Part shown: positions 1 through 8,029 of the stretch, piece after piece
Layout of the letters: every line of letters begins with the position of its first letter
Position numbering within the stretch: the stretch's first letter is position 1
Assembly (NCBI GenBank): GCA_030431715.1
Contig: JAUIIO010000013.1
Location: 39,388 to 103,387 of the forward strand
Source: a bacterium
GTDB taxonomy: Bacteria > Bdellovibrionota_C > UBA2361 > RFPC01
Direction of reading: 5' to 3'
Length of the DNA: 64,000 nt
Position numbers and translations under genes: made by a program
The notes under the pieces: model-generated
Told to the model about the DNA's origin: nothing
Database searches by the model: none
The model's input: the letters and a program-made list of their open reading frames with translations, nothing else

Positions 1-1309
1 TGTCTTTCATGCCATCGCCATTAAAGTCTCCAACGACGATATCAACGTGTGTGCCACTTGCATAAGATTGCGCAGTCCCAAAGTTACCTTCACCATCATT
101 TAAAAGAATATCACGATCTGATATGAGATCGATGTGTCCATCATTATTAAGATCGGCAGCTTCGAGATTTACAATAACGCCATTAGTTGAGTAAGAAGCC
201 GCAGTGTTAAAAGTACCATCGCCGTTACCTGATATGACAGCGATGCTCAGGTCAAAGTCTCCGCCTGTGGCGATATCTACATTTCCGTCTCCATTAAAAT
301 CAGCAACGCTGATGAAGGTTGCTTCTCCCAACGGTAGAGGAGCAGTGAGCGTGCTCTCGGCAAACGTTCCGTTCCGATTATTAATGAATAGCTCAAGAGT
401 ATCGTTGTATCCCCCCATAATTATATCTGCATAGCCATCATTATTAAGGTCTTCTGCTAGGAGCGTCGTGCTGTTTGGATCGGAAATCAATGTAGAAGCA
501 CTCGTAAATGTTCCATCTCCATGGCCAAAATAGATATTAACTTCGTTATCAAAAGTGTTTAGAGTTGCAATATCTAGAATACCATCATTATTGAAATCGG
601 AGCTCTTAACGCTAGTAGGATTATCTCCTGTAGAAATAATAGTTCCTTCATGAAAAGAGCCATTACCAATACCTAAACGGAGTGTTAAAGTATCATCAGC
701 TTGATTTGCAACTAAGATATCAACGTTACCATCCCCATTAAAATCACCTGCATTTATGGAAGAAGGATTACTTCCTACGCCAAATGCACCAAAATCAGAG
801 AATTCTCCCGTCCCAATAGCCCCGCCGAGCCCATCTGAAAGCAGAGCATCCGAGCCGTACCCTACCTGAAGAGATAACACTCCGTAGTCACCCTCAAAGA
901 GATTTCTACCATTAAACTCAGTAGTTTTTGCTATTCGAAAATACTCATCTTTAAGCGCCTGCGCCTCTTCATCAAGTGATGCACGCTGAGCAACGCCGAA
1001 GGTACCATTGGCTGCCTGCTCCGCGAGCTCTGTTAAGCGAAATGTAATATTAGTAAGTTCTTGTAGCGCTCCGTCTGCAATATTTACAACTGAAATTCCA
1101 TCATTGAGGTTCCTAACCCCTTGTGTAAATACTCTGGCATTTGCATTAAGACTATCAGCAATGGCGAGTCCTGCAGCATCATCGCTCGCACGATTTATTC
1201 TTTGCCCGGAAGAAAGGCGTTCAAATACCGTTTCGAGTTCTTGACTCGACCGTAACAGCTGACGCTGTCCTCGAAGTGAGGAGATATTGGAACCTAGGGT
1301 TATAGGCAT
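1..1309 (-). CDS. Flagellin N-terminal domain protein continuing into FG-GAP/VCBS repeats (N-terminal part only; the C-terminus lies beyond the window start)
   Basis: This is my own minus-strand translation from the ATG at 1309, with an in-frame TAA two codons upstream. It reads MPITLGSNISSLRGQRQLLRSSQELETVFERLSSGQRINRASDDAAGLAIADSLNANARVFTQGVRNLNDGISVVNIADGALQE..., the flagellin D0/D1 N-terminal signature. At least 6 FG-GAP-type blades follow: AGDFNGDGNVDILV, SSDFNNDGILDIAT, AEDLNNDGYADIIM, VADFNGDGNVDIAT, AADLNNDGHIDLIS, VGDFNGDGMKD. The gene is absent from the ORF track because it runs off the window edge. Confidence 0.8.
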   Translation of the reverse strand, partial: MPITLGSNISSLRGQRQLLRSSQELETVFERLSSGQRINRASDDAAGLAIADSLNANARVFTQGVRNLNDGISVVNIADGALQELTNITFRLTELAEQAANGTFGVAQRASLDEEAQALKDEYFRIAKTTEFNGRNLFEGDYGVLSLQVGYGSDALLSDGLGGAIGTGEFSDFGAFGVGSNPSSINAGDFNGDGNVDILVANQADDTLTLRLGIGNGSFHEGTIISTGDNPTSVKSSDFNNDGILDIATLNTFDNEVNIYFGHGDGTFTSASTLISDPNSTTLLAEDLNNDGYADIIMGGYNDTLELFINNRNGTFAESTLTAPLPLGEATFISVADFNGDGNVDIATGGDFDLSIAVISGNGDGTFNTAASYSTNGVIVNLEAADLNNDGHIDLISDRDILLNDGEGNFGTAQSYASGTHVDIVVGDFNGDGMKD

Positions 1310-1459
1310 CAGTTACACGCACACACTTTATAAACGCTCGACCACCGAAACGTTTCTTTAACTGCGATACTGCACGGCAAAACGATCTCAACAAAACGTT
1401 AAGCCACCCCATAAACTTCATGGTTACTTCCTTAGTAAGTAAACTACTCTACGTTAATT

Positions 1460-1486
1460 AAATCGGCTGGTTAGCTTGAATTCTTA
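1460..1486 (-). promoter_or_regulatory. Candidate sigma-28 (FliA) promoter for the flagellin-like gene
   Basis: The minus strand reads TAAG-N15-GCCGATTT, against the consensus TAAA-N15-GCCGATAA. It lies about 150 nt upstream of the ATG at 1309. Confidence 0.5.
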
Positions 1487-1703
1487 AATTGACGCGAGGC
1501 GGGTCACATGTTGAAGGGCACATCTCTTTGAGAGCTCTAAGAATTTTTCTTATTCTATTATAAATAGCTACAACCAAAGCCTATTAATCCTAGAAACAGT
1601 CTCTCTGAGTTTTCAGTGACATCGCCTTGGGCATTCAATGCACTATTTGGATCGTATTTTGCACAGCTTCAGTGCCTACAAAGAAGAAAGGGAGGAGTTC
1701 GTC

Positions 1704-2306
1704 ATGAACCGAATTACAATGAAACTCGTATTGGCTTGTTCGATGTTAACGATGTGTCTGTTCACGCCGCTGACACAAACCAGAGCTGCTTCACTGGTTG
1801 AGTATAGTTTACTGGTACAACTTTTACATTCAGTTGGTCTAGCTAGTATGAATACCAATAACTGTAATGTGACAGGAGGTGTCACAGAGTGTGGTCAAAC
1901 ATCTGCTTCAGTTGCCGCTATAGTAGCGCCTGCTGATGAAGAAGAGGCTAGCACAAATCCCGAGATTGTAGAGAGTGAGAACACGGACCCATATATGGCA
2001 GCATTTGAAACAGCTGCTAATATTGCGATTCGTAGCTGTGGAACAGCAACAGAGATGTGTGATTCACTTCAAAACGCTAAAAAGCTCTCGTTTAGGAAGT
2101 TTTTAACTTCCTATTTCAGTAGAAATGAGGCCTGCAAGGAGGCTGGAGAGAGTAAAGAATGTAAACTTGCTACCACAAACTATACTCTTGAATTAGCATC
2201 GGCCATCAATTTTCATAATTATGCAGATAGCTACTGTAAGAACGCAAAAATGACTTGCAGTGCTGGTGAATCAGAAGAGATAGAGGAAGAAGAAGAGGAA
2301 GTGTAG
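1704..2306 (+). CDS. Secreted Cys-rich hypothetical protein with poly-Glu C-terminus
   Basis: An internal ATG at 1704 is preceded by AAGGGAGGAG. The signal peptide is MNRITMKLVLACSMLTMCLFTPLTQTRA and the C-terminus is ESEEIEEEEEEV. I recognise no family. Confidence 0.55.
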   Translation: MNRITMKLVLACSMLTMCLFTPLTQTRAASLVEYSLLVQLLHSVGLASMNTNNCNVTGGVTECGQTSASVAAIVAPADEEEASTNPEIVESENTDPYMAAFETAANIAIRSCGTATEMCDSLQNAKKLSFRKFLTSYFSRNEACKEAGESKECKLATTNYTLELASAINFHNYADSYCKNAKMTCSAGESEEIEEEEEEV

Positions 2307-2352
2307 ACTTTAACTTCTTCAAGAGGAGTGTTAGGGTAAACTTGCGCTCCTC

Positions 2353-3138
2353 TTAAAGCCTCACTGGCTTAGCTTGTTCCCATATTATTTCAAAAATAAC
2401 TTCTCTAAAAAAAGTTGCTATATCTTGATTCTCTAATATGGTGCAAGTGATGCGATTATGGGTAAATGATTTTAATGAAAGACAATTGTTCCATGAAAAA
2501 ATTCCTGATGGCCACATGTGATCAGGGAGTATCCGAACTTGGACTTTAAACTCTTTTGCCCGCTTAGTGATTGTTCTTGCCCAATCAACATCAGGGAAAA
2601 TAAGACGTGAATAAATTTTCTTATTAGAACGTCTGGTAAAGTAGTCTAGCAGGTAGTTATGGCCAACAAGGTCAGAGAATAGTCCGGCATTGATGATAGC
2701 TAAGAACTCACCCCTAGCATCAAGAGTTCTTTCTAGCATGCGCTTAAACCCATCTACATCTTCATAAAACTCAACACCTGGTGTGTGTGAGTCTGGAGGA
2801 CTCACTTTGTTAAGAAAGTTAGAGAGTTGTTGCATGCTCTTTCGTTGTAAGGCTAGCGACTTTTCCTTCTGCGTAATGATATCTTCGAAGACTCGAGGTT
2901 CCTCAGCAACTATGAGCCTCTTCCGCCCTCTGCGTGTTTCAAATAGAACTCCACGTTTAATAAGTTGCTGCACGGCGCTGTGAATGGTGACCCTGTTTTC
3001 GCCTAATCTTCGAGATAGCTCCTGAACAGTTGAGGGGCCTGTCTGTAAAGCTTGAAGATAGGTCTTAGCTTCTCGCTCGGTGAAGTCTATGTGCCGAAGT
3101 TGAGCGGTAACCTTGTGAATGTCTGATTTCTTAAGCAT
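2353..3138 (-). CDS. TrmB-family transcriptional regulator
   Basis: The N-terminal winged HTH reads FTEREAKTYLQALQTGPSTVQELSRRLGENRVTIHSAVQQLIKRGVLFE, which is typical of TrmB. Confidence 0.65.
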   Translation of the reverse strand: MLKKSDIHKVTAQLRHIDFTEREAKTYLQALQTGPSTVQELSRRLGENRVTIHSAVQQLIKRGVLFETRRGRKRLIVAEEPRVFEDIITQKEKSLALQRKSMQQLSNFLNKVSPPDSHTPGVEFYEDVDGFKRMLERTLDARGEFLAIINAGLFSDLVGHNYLLDYFTRRSNKKIYSRLIFPDVDWARTITKRAKEFKVQVRILPDHMWPSGIFSWNNCLSLKSFTHNRITCTILENQDIATFFREVIFEIIWEQAKPVRL

Positions 3139-3163
3139 ATTGAATTTATGTAGAATATATCTC

Positions 3164-3180
3164 TACACATAATATGTGTA
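3164..3180. promoter_or_regulatory. 17-nt palindrome TACACATA-A-TATGTGTA in the trmB-like/SSF divergent promoter region (candidate operator)
   Basis: It has perfect 8-bp arms around a single central base. It sits 26 nt upstream of the regulator start at 3138. Confidence 0.35.
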
Positions 3181-3303
3181 AATAGTACAATATATCAAGA
3201 TGGTTATGCGGTTTAATATGATATAAAGACTTTTTGTACATAAATTTTGACAACATAGGAGGCTTCTGTACTTTAGGATTGGGAATTAGAACAGGAGTGC
3301 TCG

Positions 3304-4755
3304 GTGTCTGTATCAGCTTTATCTATTGTATTGGTCATACTCTATCTTGTGGTGATAAAGGTCATTGCCTATATGGCTCACAAGCGAAGCCTACCAACAG
3401 TGCTTGATTATTTCGTTGCAAGTAGGAGTGTATCCACTTTTGCCCTCGTAGGTACGATCCTCGCCACTATGATAAACACACTGGCGGTGACAGGTGTGCC
3501 GGCTCTTGTTTACAAAGGCGGGATACTTTACTGCCAGATGTTTGTTATAGGGATAATAGCTCCTTCGTGTATTTCAATTTTTGGTAGAAAGATCTGGAGA
3601 TATGGGAAAGAGCATAACATCTTCACTCAGGGAGAGATCTTTGGAAGGTATTATAACTCTTCAGCTATAAAACTCTGTGTAGCCGTTATCGGTCTTATTT
3701 CCGTGTTTCCATTTATGACAATTCAACTCTCTGCTGTGGGGAAAGTATTTAGCGCAGCTACTTCAGGAGCTCTTAGCTATGAGTTGGCAGTGCTGGCAAG
3801 TTCAGTATCTATTGGAGGCTACTTGTATCTTGGAGGGTCCAGAGCGGTTGTCTGGACAGATATGATACAAGCCTTTATTTTTCTCCTTATCATTGTGATA
3901 AGCGCAATTCTTTTTACCTATTGGTCAGGGGGATATGTGGATGCCGTAAGTAAACTTCAGGCAACAATCCCTGATAAGCTTACCTTTAATTCTACAAATA
4001 CGCCTATTTTTATAGATAACATTTTATCATGGCCATTCGCCTTTTTTCTCTGGCCACAACTTTTTCAGCGGATGTTTATGGCGGAATCTGAACGAGCTCT
4101 TTCCCGCTCAGTGAGCTGGAACTTCATTCTTTTTAATTTGATAGTCCTTTGTACCATGACTATGGGAATAATGGCTACTGCGACTCTTTATGGTCAGGTA
4201 CAGGATGCGGATCAAATTGTTGCTATGATGTTTCAGAGATTTTACCCGCTTGGTGCAGCGTTTATTGTTATAGCGGTGTTTGCAACTGGAATGAGTACTG
4301 TAGATAGCATCCTTCTTACATGTAGTTCAATTGTTAACAGGGATATCATTACCTTGGTACGTAAGAGCTTTTTATCAAATCGATCGGAGTTTAAAATGGC
4401 ACAGACGATAGCAATTGCATTCTTACTTCTTTCTACCGCATTTGCTCTTTCAGAGGTGGGCCGAGGTGCAATGACACCACTTGTTACTCTTGGAGCGAGC
4501 TTTGCAACACTTTTTCTCTGGCCACTTCTTGATATGTTTTATTTTAAGACTCTTGGAAAGAGCGAGATACTTCTAACAATGCTCGCAGGTGTAGTTGCAA
4601 TATGCACTGTAAAGATTACCTCTATTGGTAGCTCCTTGGGAATAGGAGTGGGGGCAGCTGGCTTTACTGTGTCCTTAACCGTATTTTTGTTTTGTCTCAT
4701 TAGAGAGCGCTTCTTGATTGATAGACGTCTGGCGATACAGACTGCCTCATTCTAA
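3304..4755 (+). CDS. Sodium:solute symporter (SSF) family transporter
   Basis: The GTG start has AGGAG 6 nt upstream. The protein has about 13 predicted TM segments and the SSF-like motif GGSRAVVWTDMIQAFIFLLII. Confidence 0.65.
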   Translation: MSVSALSIVLVILYLVVIKVIAYMAHKRSLPTVLDYFVASRSVSTFALVGTILATMINTLAVTGVPALVYKGGILYCQMFVIGIIAPSCISIFGRKIWRYGKEHNIFTQGEIFGRYYNSSAIKLCVAVIGLISVFPFMTIQLSAVGKVFSAATSGALSYELAVLASSVSIGGYLYLGGSRAVVWTDMIQAFIFLLIIVISAILFTYWSGGYVDAVSKLQATIPDKLTFNSTNTPIFIDNILSWPFAFFLWPQLFQRMFMAESERALSRSVSWNFILFNLIVLCTMTMGIMATATLYGQVQDADQIVAMMFQRFYPLGAAFIVIAVFATGMSTVDSILLTCSSIVNRDIITLVRKSFLSNRSEFKMAQTIAIAFLLLSTAFALSEVGRGAMTPLVTLGASFATLFLWPLLDMFYFKTLGKSEILLTMLAGVVAICTVKITSIGSSLGIGVGAAGFTVSLTVFLFCLIRERFLIDRRLAIQTASF

Positions 4756-4877
4756 GTAAATTTCGTAGAATCCCCTCTGCTACAGCGTTTGAGAACGTTC
4801 TCAGATAAATACTGAATCAAATATGCGCTGATCTCAGATGACTATATTGGAGTCAGCAATACATTGAGGAATATCAT

Positions 4878-6188
4878 ATGAGAATTAGCAGGTTATTATT
4901 CACCTTATCGTTTCTATTCGTTTTTTGCGATGTAGCACTCGCAGGACGTCCTACCTATAGACCAGCATCGAAATATCAAGGGGTGTCCCTTACAGCTAAA
5001 ACAAATCCTCTTCTTGATAATGCAGATATTGCATTAGAAGTGACAGCTACGGGTGTCGCTACATTAACGCTTACAAAACCATCAGCTCGGTTTCTTCCTG
5101 ATATCGTCACTACGTACACAGCACGATTTAATTGGAGAACGCTTCAGGCAACTTTTGTAGATGAAGCGACTACTGAGAAAATACGTATTTACTTGAAACG
5201 GAGTGGGCGCACCTATTCGCTCTCGTACTTTGGTACCTCATTGCAGGGAGATGATTATATTAAAGCCACACAGTATCGCTTCGATACATTTGGAAATGCA
5301 ACTATCCAATACTCTGTATCAAAAGGGGAAGGGAATGGATACTCTAATCTCTTCTACGTAAGGCATAGCTATAAAACCGTATCTAACGGGGATCGACAAG
5401 TTGTTACATCGTACCAGAACAATCGAACTGTATCAGCTGTTACAGGTACAAGTACTCTTCGTACGCATACGCATTACCGTTATGATGACATTGGACGACG
5501 TAAAGGAAATATCGTTCTTACTTATAGCACGTCAAGTACGGATCCAGAACCAATCGCGGGTCTTTCTTACTATGTTACGAATTTTGATGAGCTGTATACG
5601 CTCTCAGCTAGCACGAGTGAAAAAGGTGCTGGTGCTGCACGTTTCTTTCAATACACCGATGCGCTAGCTAAGTACGTAGCACCAGAGCAGATGAATCACT
5701 TTATGGACCGTGCCACAGCTTCGTACTACAGCAAAGGTACTCCCATCGAACAACAGATTCTCCCACGACTTACTGTTGAATACAAAGTCATAACCTACGG
5801 CTATAGCTATAATATAGATCTTGTGCCTCTGGGTGGTAGGTTAGACTACGGAAAGTTCTACATTGCAAATGGAGCAGTAGATGCGATAAACGGATCCGAC
5901 AGCGAAGATCCTGCTGATGCTGTCATTCACTGGCCTTATCCTTACTTTTACTCTAATGCAATGCACCAAGCTGGAATTTCAGCGCAGAATGTCGCCCTTC
6001 TTTATAGTCCGCAACATAAAGATTATGGGTTCATATTTATCGGAAATGCGGAAGCGGTCTTTTACTCAGCTTCAGACTTTCTAAAAGGTGAAGACGGCAA
6101 GCCTCTTTCCGCTACAGTAAATGTTGAAGGCGAGAAGATACACTTTGAGTTAGATTCTGAAGGATATCTTCAGTTCTCAGCACAATAA
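4878..6188 (+). CDS. Secreted hypothetical protein
   Basis: The signal peptide is MRISRLLFTLSFLFVFCDVALA and a GAGGA RBS is present. I recognise no family. Confidence 0.5.
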   Translation: MRISRLLFTLSFLFVFCDVALAGRPTYRPASKYQGVSLTAKTNPLLDNADIALEVTATGVATLTLTKPSARFLPDIVTTYTARFNWRTLQATFVDEATTEKIRIYLKRSGRTYSLSYFGTSLQGDDYIKATQYRFDTFGNATIQYSVSKGEGNGYSNLFYVRHSYKTVSNGDRQVVTSYQNNRTVSAVTGTSTLRTHTHYRYDDIGRRKGNIVLTYSTSSTDPEPIAGLSYYVTNFDELYTLSASTSEKGAGAARFFQYTDALAKYVAPEQMNHFMDRATASYYSKGTPIEQQILPRLTVEYKVITYGYSYNIDLVPLGGRLDYGKFYIANGAVDAINGSDSEDPADAVIHWPYPYFYSNAMHQAGISAQNVALLYSPQHKDYGFIFIGNAEAVFYSASDFLKGEDGKPLSATVNVEGEKIHFELDSEGYLQFSAQ

Positions 6189-6205
6189 TTTCCAGTTAAT
6201 ACAGA

Positions 6206-6242
6206 GCTTCCTGCCGACGACGTTGCTTGCGTAGCAGGAAGC
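6206..6242 (+). terminator. Hairpin downstream of the 4878..6188 gene (weak terminator candidate)
   Basis: GCTTCCTGC-N19-GCAGGAAGC gives a 9-bp stem, but no U-tract follows. Confidence 0.25.
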
Positions 6243-6355
6243 AAACTCACAAGTGCTACCACCTACCAAGCACAAAATGACACTATCTTTAGCGAGTATC
6301 AGGCAGTACATTTTAAGTACTGTCTTGATTCTCGTTCTAAAGGTAAGGTCTCATT

Positions 6356-7447
6356 ATGCTAGCGAACTTACACCTCAATCGACTCTATAACCTGAGTCTT
6401 GTTAAGTTCTATATAGTTGTTCTTAGCATTTCACTCCTGTGTTCAGTTTTCTTTTTTGCGCCATCTTTTGTGGCGTGGGATCTCACACAAAGTGATCACT
6501 TTGAAACAGCTCGCACATTTTCTCTTCGCTCACAGATTGAAGACCCTTTTAGGCGAGATATTGAGCCGAGTCTCTACTGGCGACTCCTCATTCCACTTAT
6601 AGCCTACGTCGCTCAGCTTCCCTTTATAGTAATCTTATTTGTTCCGCTCATTGGACTGATGCTACACCTGTATGTTGTATGCTCCTTAGTACTGAAGTTC
6701 ACTGGACGAAGAGAAGATGCATTTTATGCGACCATGCTTACATCCAGCTTTGCAAGCACGTGGATAACGACAGGGTTTCTCGGTATATTTATAATTTTTC
6801 CAGTACTTGCTTTAACGCTCATAGCATTTCTTAAGGATAAGCGGGTTCTTTATCTTGTAGCCTTTCTTGCGCCGTGGATGAGTGAGTACTACGTACTGGG
6901 AATTCCGGTAGCGCTATGTGCCAGGTACATACTCTTTCGAGATGAGATGAACCTTCCCGAGATACTCAAAGTCATTGCTCCGGGAGTGCTTGTATATGGA
7001 TTAATTAGATGCATAGTGACTGCACTTTATCCAGAGTACGACGCAAACGGCTGGAAATTTTTGTATTCATGTTTGAGGAATACAGTATGGTACTTGCCGT
7101 ATGCACCTCTAGCATGGTGGTTTGCGTACCGGCTTGGTTGGATATATCTCTGGAAGGCAATGGCTTCACTTGGCTCAATTTCAGTTCGCACAAGAGTAGT
7201 CATGATCTGTGCTATGATCGCAACTCTTACAGCTGTTACGTTACTGGGGAGTGCTATGACTGCTAATGTCATGGTGTTTTTCCCACTCTTTCTAACTGGT
7301 TTTTTAGTTTCGCCCCGAGCGTTTCAAGAGCGCTATCTCGGACTCATAGTAGTGCTAAACTTTATTATCCCTGCTGCTTATGTAGACTTTGTAAAATTTA
7401 AGATTAAGAGCCCACTGCTAATTGAACTTGGCAGACTACTCTTTTGA
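6356..7447 (+). CDS. Polytopic membrane protein, unknown function
   Basis: It has about 9-10 hydrophobic segments. I recognise no family motif. Confidence 0.5.
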   Translation: MLANLHLNRLYNLSLVKFYIVVLSISLLCSVFFFAPSFVAWDLTQSDHFETARTFSLRSQIEDPFRRDIEPSLYWRLLIPLIAYVAQLPFIVILFVPLIGLMLHLYVVCSLVLKFTGRREDAFYATMLTSSFASTWITTGFLGIFIIFPVLALTLIAFLKDKRVLYLVAFLAPWMSEYYVLGIPVALCARYILFRDEMNLPEILKVIAPGVLVYGLIRCIVTALYPEYDANGWKFLYSCLRNTVWYLPYAPLAWWFAYRLGWIYLWKAMASLGSISVRTRVVMICAMIATLTAVTLLGSAMTANVMVFFPLFLTGFLVSPRAFQERYLGLIVVLNFIIPAAYVDFVKFKIKSPLLIELGRLLF

Positions 7448-7750
7448 ATCTGAAGCCTGCTTCTCAAACTTTTTGAGCCAGATGTCCACGATAAATGGGC
7501 CAAAAGGTAAAATAGCACCTAAAACGCCAGCTCCAAAAAGCCACAGCGGGATGCGAAGTTTCTGGATTGCTATGACGTATAAGACGAATAGACCTATGAA
7601 GAGTGCGCCATGAATAGAGCCGGCTACAGTAACGGCCATGGGAATATCAGCCATATACTTAAGTGGCATAGCTATAAAGAAGAGAATAAGAGTGGAGATT
7701 CCTTCAATTATGCTAAAGATGCGAAGACGATAGAGAAATAAGGATTGCAT
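7436..7750 (-). CDS. DUF3817-like small membrane protein
   Basis: The layout RIFSIIEGISTLILFFIAMPLKY...HGALFIGLFVLYV... with four TM segments matches the DUF3817/YdzA pattern as I remember it. Confidence 0.5.
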   Translation of the reverse strand: MQSLFLYRLRIFSIIEGISTLILFFIAMPLKYMADIPMAVTVAGSIHGALFIGLFVLYVIAIQKLRIPLWLFGAGVLGAILPFGPFIVDIWLKKFEKQASDSKE

Positions 7751-8029
7751 AAAAACTTTACCTCATAGCAAAAGGAGGAGATCGGGGCGTCCGTGTAGGA
7801 GCACGCCCACTATAGAAGTGTGCCACTGTTAGAGGGATACTAATGGAATAACAACATGAAATAAAGGGGGAGGATGGTATAATATTCAATGAATACGATA
7901 AATTAGAATGCCTATGCGAAGCGCATAATCTAAATCTTTAATGTTTCACTGTGGTACTATACAACAATAACACTCTGGTATAGCGCGCATGCGGTTGAGC
8001 CAGTAGATTAATTTGTAGCAGGAGAAACC

